Shown: positions 9,449 to 15,629 of the stretch, one piece after another
Position numbering within the stretch: the stretch's first letter is position 1
Layout: the number at the start of each line of letters is the position of its first letter
Virus record (IMG/VR): IMGVR_UViG_3300012943_000020
Location: 1 to 37,578 of that record
DNA from: a virus
Strand: one strand, 5' to 3'
DNA: 37,578 bases
Translations under genes and position numbers: made by a program
The notes under the pieces: model-generated
What the model was told of the DNA's origin: nothing
The model's database searches: none
What the model saw: the letters and a program-made list of their open reading frames with translations, nothing else

Positions 9449-9536
9449 AAATCCGTGCGTAACTCTGTTGATAAACCCCTAAACCCCCTAGCAACCAAGG
9501 GAAAACCCCGCTGAATTATTTTTACTTATTTATACA

Positions 9537-9572
9537 TCAAGTGTTGACGTATACGTCAAGTGTTGATATACT
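9537..9572 (+). promoter_or_regulatory. Early sigma70-type promoter (TTGACG-17-TATACT) embedded in a palindromic operator
   Basis: -35 at 9544-9549 and -10 at 9567-9572. TTGACGTATACGTCAA is a perfect 16-bp palindrome, flanked by two TCAAGTGTTGA copies. Confidence 0.7.
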
Positions 9573-9602
9573 CTCTTCATCAACTGTGAATGAGGAAACA
9601 AA

Positions 9603-9812
9603 ATGAATAACGTGAGCTTAAGTGATTTGATGGGTGAAGATTTTAGTGTGTATATGAGAAAGAATGCAAAGTTTGGGTATGACTTAGAGATTGAGAACGA
9701 AGAGGGTGAAATGGTTGTTGAGACGAATGGTGTTCATGAGTATGCGATTGATAGCTTTGCTGATTTTTGCCGTCAATTTTTAAGTAACTATGACCGCATT
9801 AATAAGGGGTAG
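9603..9812 (+). CDS. Small acidic early protein (69 aa)
   Basis: GAGGAA RBS. 14 Asp/Glu against 6 Lys/Arg. Confidence 0.65.
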   Translation: MNNVSLSDLMGEDFSVYMRKNAKFGYDLEIENEEGEMVVETNGVHEYAIDSFADFCRQFLSNYDRINKG

Positions 9813-10022
9813 ATGATGGAAAAGTACAGTTGTTATGAATTTGAGATTAAAAAAGTTGAAGTAAATGAATGGAATGATAGATTTGATTATATTATTTATG
9901 GTTCGGGATGCTTTCCTTATGATGATGGGAAAATAGAATCAGAAGAATGGTTTGATACAGAACAAGAAGCACGTTTTGCAGCAATAGGACATATTGATTT
10001 ACTTGAAAATGGAGAGGGATAA
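9813..10022 (+). CDS. Small very acidic early protein (69 aa)
   Basis: AAGGGG RBS. 18 Asp/Glu against 6 Lys/Arg. Confidence 0.65.
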   Translation: MMEKYSCYEFEIKKVEVNEWNDRFDYIIYGSGCFPYDDGKIESEEWFDTEQEARFAAIGHIDLLENGEG

Positions 10023-10023
10023 C

Positions 10024-10173
10024 ATGTTAAATAAAATCAAATGCTGGTTAAAGGGTCATCAATTCTTAATGAATTACCATGCAAGTTATCGTTGCTATCA
10101 TCAGTCTAGCAACGATATTTGTAAATGCTGTAAGCGCCCTAGAATGCTTTTTACAAAAGGCTTACATTCTTAG
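10024..10173 (+). CDS. Small Cys/His-rich protein (49 aa), not in the ORF track
   Basis: ATG 5 nt after GGAGAGGG. Its 3' end overlaps the csp 3' end convergently by 23 nt. Confidence 0.45.
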   Translation: MLNKIKCWLKGHQFLMNYHASYRCYHQSSNDICKCCKRPRMLFTKGLHS

Positions 10174-10348
10174 CAACTGCGCCTTTAGGTGACATGGCGG
10201 CTTCAAACTGCACTTTGTCACCTGGTTTTACTGTTTTAAATCCGTCTTTTTGAATTTCTTTGTAATGCAAAAAATAATCTTTCCCGTTGCTTTCTACAAA
10301 TCCAAATCCTTTTTCATCACTAAACCATTTCACTAAACCAGTTTGCAT
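10151..10348 (-). CDS. Cold-shock domain protein, CspA family (65 aa)
   Basis: VKWFSDEKGFGFV matches the RNP1-type motif of the CSD fold. Size is typical. Confidence 0.85.
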   Translation of the reverse strand: MQTGLVKWFSDEKGFGFVESNGKDYFLHYKEIQKDGFKTVKPGDKVQFEAAMSPKGAVAKNVSLL

Positions 10349-10401
10349 TTCTTCATCCTAATTGAAAATATTAAATTCTAGCCACCAAATCACGCGAATT
10401 T

Positions 10402-10677
10402 TCAACGTTTACCATATCCCCTATACCTTGACATGGGTTTCTCTTCTGGGGGCGTGTACTGTGTTCCTGTTCCATCTGCATAATTACACATGCCGTATTG
10501 CTTCCATACTTTTACATGACAATCTAAGGCGTCATCGGGAATCAACCCGTTTAACATATCGTTTTTATCCTCTTTGCTCAATAGTCTTTCAGAAATTAAG
10601 CGTGGTGATACGCCGTATTTAATCCCTAAGTTAAACAGCTTCTTTTTGCATTCCTCGATTGTTAATGTCTTTGCCAT
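10402..10677 (-). CDS. Hypothetical protein (91 aa from MAKTLTIEE)
   Basis: ATG at 10677 lies 8 nt after AAGGA. The track start at 10713 would overlap the rep gene by 83 nt. Confidence 0.5.
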   Translation of the reverse strand: MAKTLTIEECKKKLFNLGIKYGVSPRLISERLLSKEDKNDMLNGLIPDDALDCHVKVWKQYGMCNYADGTGTQYTPPEEKPMSRYRGYGKR

Positions 10678-11593
10678 GTACATCATCCTTGAGTTTTTGA
10701 AACATTTCACCAAATGATTTAAATCCCTGTCCTTGGGTTACTGCTGCAAATATATTTTTTGCTGCATGAGCTTCCTCTTGCCATTGCATTCTTTTTGATT
10801 CGAGTTCTTTTTCCTCTTTTTCACGTATTGAGTGGCTGGATATTCCTTTGTAATTTTGTGGAATAAGCCAATTTCCTTCGCGAACTTTCTTAAGAAATAT
10901 ATTAATGCGTTTGTTTACTGAGTCGAAGCTTTTATCTTTGTTGGTTTCATATGCGTAGTAAATGCCTTGCTCAATTGTTTCATCCTCAACAAAAGTTTGT
11001 CGGCTGGCAATCGTTAGTTCTATATGGTTTTTAACAGTCTGTTTGTCAGAAAAAACAGAAACAGGGGTTTTTTTAACAGTCTCCTTGTTTTGTTTTTTCT
11101 TGAAAACCTCTTGGAAAGACTCTTGTTTATTTAAGTCTGCATATTGTGCAGTACCCTCTGCATATTGTGCAGTACCCTCTGCATATTGTGCAGGGGGTGT
11201 TAATTTTTGATCAAAGTTATCCACAGGTTGCGTTTTTGGTGCAGGGGGCACGGAGGGTACTGCTGGTCGGTAGCGTCCATAGGTTTGGCTTACGTTGAAG
11301 GTGTTTATTTGACCCCATCGAATATGATAGACGTTGATACGTTGAATTATGTAGTGGGTGTATTCGAGTTCGTTAAGGCAATCGTAGGTTTTGCGTTCGG
11401 ATATGCCGGATGCTTTGGCAAGGTTTTTAACTGTGATTTCTGTCTCATCGTCTTGTGAGGTGTAGCTCGTTAATTTTCTTAATTGCCCATAGACTTTTAG
11501 GGCATACGGTGAGACGTTGTCGAAAACAAGTTGATCAACGATTAAAAAATCTTCATCTTTTTGGCGTTTAAATTTTACATGATCGCTTTTCAT
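10631..11593 (-). CDS. Replication initiator-like protein (320 aa) with an internal iteron/DnaA-box region
   Basis: N-terminal winged-helix-like segment. An internal AQYAEGT x3 repeat is encoded by 21-bp DNA repeats. The arrangement is analogous to lambda O. Confidence 0.55.
   Translation of the reverse strand: MKSDHVKFKRQKDEDFLIVDQLVFDNVSPYALKVYGQLRKLTSYTSQDDETEITVKNLAKASGISERKTYDCLNELEYTHYIIQRINVYHIRWGQINTFNVSQTYGRYRPAVPSVPPAPKTQPVDNFDQKLTPPAQYAEGTAQYAEGTAQYADLNKQESFQEVFKKKQNKETVKKTPVSVFSDKQTVKNHIELTIASRQTFVEDETIEQGIYYAYETNKDKSFDSVNKRINIFLKKVREGNWLIPQNYKGISSHSIREKEEKELESKRMQWQEEAHAAKNIFAAVTQGQGFKSFGEMFQKLKDDVHGKDINNRGMQKEAV
11026..11082. repeat. Two GGTTTTT(TT)AACAGTCT direct repeats 40 bp apart
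   Basis: 11026-11040 and 11066-11082, with A/T tracts between them. Confidence 0.7.
11136..11193. repeat. 2.8 tandem copies of the 21-bp unit TCTGCATATTGTGCAGTACCC (iteron-like)
   Basis: Exact copies at 11136-11156 and 11157-11177. A partial copy lies at 11178-11193. Confidence 0.9.
11217..11225 (+). promoter_or_regulatory. DnaA-box consensus TTATCCACA, 24 bp from the iterons
   Basis: Perfect 9-mer read directly. It is preceded by the AT-rich, GATC-containing stretch GTTAATTTTTGATCAAAG. Confidence 0.5.
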
Positions 11594-11601
11594 GGTATAA
11601 T
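11574..11601 (+). promoter_or_regulatory. Near-consensus extended -10 promoter firing antisense to the rep 5' end
   Basis: TTTACA, 16-nt spacer, TGG TATAAT. The -10 abuts the complement of the rep ATG. Confidence 0.55.
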
Positions 11602-11695
11602 TACCCTCGATTGTAACCGCTTGAGAACGGTATGTTGTATGGATATCCCACTTGCTCTAACAAGTGAGGTTGGGGAAGGACCCCAAATCAAATTT

Positions 11696-11953
11696 TTATT
11701 GTTCTATATGACCTTGTAAAATTGAAACGAAATCAATATAGTTTTTATATTCTTGAATTATTTTTATCCTATCAAAAATCAAACCTACTTCATTCATTAA
11801 TGATATGGGGCATTCTGAATTAAAAGAATTAAGTTTTAAATTAACCTCACTCACCCATGAATCTACCATTTTACGATAATTATTCATCATTACCATTAAA
11901 TCGGGTGTATTTATTATTTGTAGTAATTCTTTGTTGATATTCGATTCTGTCAT
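11696..11953 (-). CDS. Hypothetical protein (85 aa)
   Basis: ATG ORF in an AT-rich segment. Weak RBS. Confidence 0.5.
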   Translation of the reverse strand: MTESNINKELLQIINTPDLMVMMNNYRKMVDSWVSEVNLKLNSFNSECPISLMNEVGLIFDRIKIIQEYKNYIDFVSILQGHIEQ

Positions 11954-12013
11954 GTTATAGTAATCCTGTTGATGATTTCATTTAATTTCCTTTTGTATAA
12001 TGGCTCAAGAAAA

Positions 12014-12047
12014 AGGCCGGTTGTGTCTCCACTTCCGGCCTTTTTTT
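12014..12047. terminator. Bidirectional intrinsic-terminator-like hairpin
   Basis: AGGCCGG, a 14-nt loop, then CCGGCCT, with an A5 tract before it and a T7 tract after it. Confidence 0.6.
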
Positions 12048-12225
12048 ATACACACACGCAATCTTTCTTTATTTCTTCAATAAATTCATTTAACCATTTT
12101 TCAGTCACATGAATATCAGAAATATTAAACGTGAATGGAGTAGGGTTTTTATTATCCCTATCATGAATGGAATTAGCTAACGTTTCTAGTAGTTGTTGTG
12201 ATTTCGCATACAAATCTATTTGCAT
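12046..12225 (-). CDS. Hypothetical protein (59 aa), not in the ORF track
   Basis: ATG 8 nt after GGGAG. I checked every codon and found no in-frame stop. Confidence 0.5.
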   Translation of the reverse strand: MQIDLYAKSQQLLETLANSIHDRDNKNPTPFTFNISDIHVTEKWLNEFIEEIKKDCVCV

Positions 12226-12240
12226 TAATGGCTCCCTTTG

Positions 12241-12459
12241 TTAATTGCTTGGTGTTTCTTGTCGTTGCTTAATAGCCTGCTCGACATCACGCATTAATTG
12301 GCCTTGCATGTAATTATTAAGACACCAAGCAACCCAAGCAGCATTGTGTTTCATTTTTAAATCAGTACCGCCCAAATGAAATTTCATAGCCTCTAAAAAC
12401 TTAATGTGATGTTTTAAAGACTTTTTTGCTTCGACAATACTAGCATCCTCTCTACTCAT
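12241..12459 (-). CDS. Hypothetical protein (72 aa)
   Basis: The ATG overlaps the upstream gene by 8 nt. Confidence 0.55.
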   Translation of the reverse strand: MSREDASIVEAKKSLKHHIKFLEAMKFHLGGTDLKMKHNAAWVAWCLNNYMQGQLMRDVEQAIKQRQETPSN

Positions 12460-12673
12460 CTTCTACCGCCTCCATATCAATTACATAATTACTCACCCAT
12501 TCCCCACTTACACGCATTATTTGTCCGCACGTGCATTTTACTAAAGCTTCCTCATCCCGTGGGGGATCGCCATAATCACTTGGCCCCCATGCTTCACCAC
12601 AATTAGGGCAATCAAAACTCCCCCACCATCCAGGGGATAGGCTAAAGTGATCTTCAATATCTTCTACTTTCAT
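12452..12673 (-). CDS. Zinc-ribbon-like small protein (73 aa)
   Basis: CPNC...CTC cysteine pairs. ATG at 12673 in a TAATG overlap with the upstream stop. Confidence 0.55.
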   Translation of the reverse strand: MKVEDIEDHFSLSPGWWGSFDCPNCGEAWGPSDYGDPPRDEEALVKCTCGQIMRVSGEWVSNYVIDMEAVEDE

Positions 12674-12912
12674 TAACAATCCTTATTCATACGACGCAAC
12701 AGTGTTGCAAGATTTAGATTTTCCGGTTTTAAATCGCCCTCTTCTAAGTGGTGCTTAAAGGCTTGAAAGAATGCGCTAGCGACTTCAATATGCGCCTCAC
12801 CATTGCTTTTTAAGCATTTCTCCATATAGTCAAGGATTCTGCGCGCACCCGCTAATGATTTCTTGGCGTCTTGCTGCTTTCTGCGAAGGTCTTTAGGTAG
12901 GTTATAATTCAT
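12673..12912 (-). CDS. Hypothetical protein (79 aa)
   Basis: ATGA overlap with the upstream gene. Confidence 0.55.
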   Translation of the reverse strand: MNYNLPKDLRRKQQDAKKSLAGARRILDYMEKCLKSNGEAHIEVASAFFQAFKHHLEEGDLKPENLNLATLLRRMNKDC

Positions 12913-13124
12913 CGAATCCGCTTCACATAACGTTTATACTTACGCATTAATCGCTTAATGATGTTTTCAAGCAATGCAATCCACATTAAAACAACGCACA
13001 CCATGCCAGCAATAATAAACCCTATGGGTAAATCATTGCTGTTAATAATCCACGGGACAATAACGCCCGTGGAAAATAGGAATAAGCCTATAAGACTTAC
13101 ATAATGAACGGTTCTTAGTTTCAT
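12909..13124 (-). CDS. Two-TM membrane protein with a strongly basic C-tail (71 aa), with class II holin-like architecture
   Basis: Two hydrophobic helices (about aa 8-27 and 34-52) followed by KRLMRKYKRYVKRIR. ATGA coupling to the SPFH gene. Confidence 0.5.
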   Translation of the reverse strand: MKLRTVHYVSLIGLFLFSTGVIVPWIINSNDLPIGFIIAGMVCVVLMWIALLENIIKRLMRKYKRYVKRIR

Positions 13125-13957
13125 CCTTGTTCACCCAGGTTAAGAAAGGGAATTGCCCCCGTAGCGTTGGTTTTAGGTAGCTCACCGTTCCATTTGAGGA
13201 TTGCTTGATACTGGACAAACTCAGGCGTTATGCTTTCGGCCAGGATTTTATTAGCGCGGGCTTGTGATTCTGCGCGGATCATAATTTGTTTTGCGTTTGC
13301 TTCTGCGTCAACAACAGTTTTTTGAGCCTCCGCTCTAGCAGTAGCCACCTCATTTTCAACGCGCATTGCGTTTTGTGTAGCTTGAATTTTCGCATTAATC
13401 GAATTAACCACGTTTTCAGGAAGTTTAAAGGAGCCAACCAGGTAAATTTTTTCAACTTCAATGCCATTATCGCGAGCCTCTTTTTTAACCAACTGATTTA
13501 CTTTAGTGATAAATTTTTCTTTTCCCGAACCGTAAATTTGTTCTACGGTCATGGTGCTGGCTACCTCATTCATAGCATCACGTACCTGGTTATGTAAGAA
13601 CGTATTCGTGATTTCATCAATACCCAGGCGGTACTTTTGGAACACCTTCACCACATTATCAGGCTCGATTTTATAAGTTATTCCGGCATTCGTGCTAATT
13701 GAAAGCCCTTCGGACGTTTGCATGGTGATGCCCTGTTCATCCGTCCAAGTGTAGTTTTGTAAGAAGATAGGGAACAAATAAAGCTCTTTATTCCAGCTAA
13801 GCCAATACCTACCAACGCCCACGGGTTGCTCGCTAACTCCTTTTTCAGAACCATAGAGATTAACAATAACCCCTTTGTAACCCGCTGGAACTCTATCGCC
13901 ACAGCCTGTTAATGCTACTGCTATTGCTGCTATTGTTGCTACTTTCGATAACTTCAC
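13121..13957 (-). CDS. SPFH/band-7 (prohibitin/HflC-like) lipoprotein (278 aa)
   Basis: Lipobox LTGC at the N-terminus, an SPFH-like core, and a C-terminal A/E/Q-rich coiled coil. GTG start 8 nt after AGGAG. Confidence 0.7.
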   Translation of the reverse strand: MKLSKVATIAAIAVALTGCGDRVPAGYKGVIVNLYGSEKGVSEQPVGVGRYWLSWNKELYLFPIFLQNYTWTDEQGITMQTSEGLSISTNAGITYKIEPDNVVKVFQKYRLGIDEITNTFLHNQVRDAMNEVASTMTVEQIYGSGKEKFITKVNQLVKKEARDNGIEVEKIYLVGSFKLPENVVNSINAKIQATQNAMRVENEVATARAEAQKTVVDAEANAKQIMIRAESQARANKILAESITPEFVQYQAILKWNGELPKTNATGAIPFLNLGEQG

Positions 13958-13973
13958 TTAAAACACTCCTTTT

Positions 13974-14264
13974 TTAGTCAATACAAATAAGTCCTATAGC
14001 CACACCTGTTAACAATGATTCCCAACAGTTAAATGTTACACCGAAATGGTGCATTGATACTTGCCACATAATCCAAACACCGGTTGTTCTTAGCCATACT
14101 TTCCAAGGGCCAGCCAAAAGCACATCAAACAATCGCGCTGACAATTTACGCTTCATAATTCGGTGAGGAAAAATGTGATCAATATCTTTATATAAAGCCG
14201 CATGTTCCACGGCTTTATTATATTTTTTGAAGTCAACCCCACAGGTACACAGATATTTACTCAC
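13974..14264 (-). CDS. Membrane protein with an N-terminal Cys/His segment (96 aa)
   Basis: GTG start. The C-terminal half is hydrophobic. Confidence 0.5.
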   Translation of the reverse strand: MSKYLCTCGVDFKKYNKAVEHAALYKDIDHIFPHRIMKRKLSARLFDVLLAGPWKVWLRTTGVWIMWQVSMHHFGVTFNCWESLLTGVAIGLICID

Positions 14265-14347
14265 TATTTACCCCAAATTTGAACCGCGGTCATTGATAAT
14301 AAAAATACACAAATAATTAGCGCAAACCATTTTGTATCATCCCCCAT
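14264..14347 (-). CDS. Single-TM micro-protein (27 aa), not in the ORF track
   Basis: ATG 6 nt after GGAG. Sequence MGDDTKWFALIICVFLLSMTAVQIWGK. Its TAG overlaps the next GTG start by 1 nt. Confidence 0.35.
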   Translation of the reverse strand: MGDDTKWFALIICVFLLSMTAVQIWGK

Positions 14348-14687
14348 TACCATCTCCACATAGCATATGCTTAAGCTCTTCTTTGGCATAACCTAAACGA
14401 TGTTGCGTACCTTCGCCCGTAGCCATTTGGTGTTTCCACTTCCAATACCAGTCACCAATCGTGGCGCAAATAAAATCTATTTGTTCATAAGTAAATGATT
14501 GATGCATAGCTGCAATGCGCTCATATCTAATTTTTGCCTGTGGGTATGTTGTTTCTATGACTTCATTAGAATCGCGCCATCCTTGGACTAAATCGGAATA
14601 TTCTTTATCTGAAAAATCGCCGTGTTCCTCAGCCTCTTTGATTAACATGCGAGTACGAACATACAGTTCGTATATAGATTCATTCAT
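14337..14687 (-). CDS. Hypothetical protein (116 aa)
   Basis: ATG at 14687 overlaps the upstream stop. The track start is TTG, one codon earlier. Confidence 0.6.
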   Translation of the reverse strand: MNESIYELYVRTRMLIKEAEEHGDFSDKEYSDLVQGWRDSNEVIETTYPQAKIRYERIAAMHQSFTYEQIDFICATIGDWYWKWKHQMATGEGTQHRLGYAKEELKHMLCGDGNGG

Positions 14688-14952
14688 CAAACCCCCAAAA
14701 GTCGTTCATTTCTTTTATGTACTGCTCATTCGTTTGCATGTTGTAATAATCGGCTAATTGGTCCCAAGATACCTCACGAATGTTTTCGCCTCCAGTACAA
14801 TAACACCCCGAATCATAGCCAAGTTTTTCATGATTGTTACAAAAGACATACGCTAACGGGTAATTGCAAATAGAACACTGGCGTATATTCCATGTGGGTA
14901 ATCGTCGTTTGAACGCTGCAATTTGAAAGTCAATGCGAGTTTTAGGCGTCAT
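14680..14952 (-). CDS. Cys-rich hypothetical protein (90 aa from MTPKTRIDF)
   Basis: ATG at 14952 lies 6-7 nt after AAGGAAAG. The longer track ORF would overlap the upstream gene by 83 nt. Confidence 0.55.
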   Translation of the reverse strand: MTPKTRIDFQIAAFKRRLPTWNIRQCSICNYPLAYVFCNNHEKLGYDSGCYCTGGENIREVSWDQLADYYNMQTNEQYIKEMNDFWGFDE

Positions 14953-15169
14953 GGCTGCTTTCCTTTTCCAAATGCTTGTAATAAATTTCATGCACTTGCA
15001 TTCCGGCTTGTTTATGAACGTCATGTAATTGCTGGTATATTTCCTGTTTACTGGCTATGCCAATGGTAATATTATTTAGAATTGTTGAAATGCTTCCAAT
15101 AATCGTACCCAAACAAAAAGCTGCTTTTTGCCCCTGTTCAACTAACTTCTTTAAATCCACTTCATTCAT
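14942..15169 (-). CDS. Hypothetical protein (75 aa)
   Basis: ATG inside an ATGAATGA junction with the upstream small ORF. Confidence 0.55.
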   Translation of the reverse strand: MNEVDLKKLVEQGQKAAFCLGTIIGSISTILNNITIGIASKQEIYQQLHDVHKQAGMQVHEIYYKHLEKESSHDA

Positions 15170-15329
15170 TTTCTATTTCTTCCTTTAGTTTTTTTATAGC
15201 CCTATTCACTGAATCTCTTAAATCCTCTAATTCATATACAATGTAATCATCTTGCAAAGCCAATATAGCCTTAATCAAAGAGTTTCTTCCTATCGTAAAC
15301 ATTGATAATTTAATTTCTTTTTCATTCAT
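15162..15329 (-). CDS. Hypothetical helical protein (55 aa), not in the ORF track
   Basis: Fills the apparent gap. ATGAATGA-type overlaps at both ends. I checked all codons and found no in-frame stop. Confidence 0.5.
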   Translation of the reverse strand: MNEKEIKLSMFTIGRNSLIKAILALQDDYIVYELEDLRDSVNRAIKKLKEEIENE

Positions 15330-15546
15330 TTTTAGTCCACTCAGTTTTAAAAAGCCCTTTTGTAATACGCTCTAACTTATATTGCGCATCCTCTGGAATT
15401 CGTCCCCACTTAATCCAGTTTCCTAAACTCGCAGCCGATATCCCCGTTTCTTTATTAAATCTATATTTAGTACCGTAATGCTTCAAAATATCTTCTGGTT
15501 TCACACATTGCCCCCAATCATTTAAAAAGTAAAAATAGTTTAACAA
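15322..15546 (-). CDS. Cro/YdaS-like HTH regulator. The start is uncertain: TTG at 15546 or GTG at 15504.
   Basis: ETGISAASLGNWIKWGRIPEDAQYKLERIT resembles the Cro/YdaS-type HTH. The ORF has no ATG. GTG at 15504 lies 6 nt after GGGGG. Confidence 0.5.
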   Translation of the reverse strand: MLNYFYFLNDWGQCVKPEDILKHYGTKYRFNKETGISAASLGNWIKWGRIPEDAQYKLERITKGLFKTEWTKNE

Positions 15547-15551
15547 AAGTA

Positions 15552-15580
15552 TTGACGTACAGCAAGAGTTTTCGTATCAT
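15552..15580 (+). promoter_or_regulatory. Sigma70-type promoter TTGACG-17-TATCAT for the replication/recombination operon
   Basis: -35 at 15552-15557 and -10 at 15575-15580. It is bracketed by the inverted repeat ATTGACGT (15551-15558) / ACGTCAAT (15587-15594). Confidence 0.65.
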
Positions 15581-15629
15581 GGCTACACGTCAATACCGAC
15601 GCAGACTACATAAAGTAAAGAGGTATGAA

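Noticed and set aside
9261-9494. ORFs 9261-9494 (-) and 9277-9462 (+) in the control region
   Set aside because: No RBS, and implausible composition. The region is better explained as regulatory DNA containing a palindrome, a DnaA box and repeats.
10129-10164. The GTAAGC...GCTTAC inverted repeat as a terminator between the convergent early operons
   Set aside because: The stem is only 6 bp, the loop is 24 nt and there is no flanking U-tract. It is too weak to call.
11136-11193. The 21-bp tandem repeats as a CRISPR array or a CRISPR-mimicking array
   Set aside because: The copies are directly adjacent with no spacers, lie inside a CDS, and encode an in-frame heptad repeat. They are iteron-like and not CRISPR.
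11996-12047. Plus-strand TATAAT (11996-12001) just before the terminator hairpin, read as a tiny RNA gene
   Set aside because: There is no usable -35 or TG extension, and the transcript would consist of the terminator alone. It is probably a chance match in AT-rich DNA.
15552-15629. The TTG-initiated N-terminal extension of the first plus-strand gene (track start 15552)
   Set aside because: The TTG is the -35 hexamer of the promoter. The transcript would start downstream of it. ATG at 15630 has an AAGAGG RBS.
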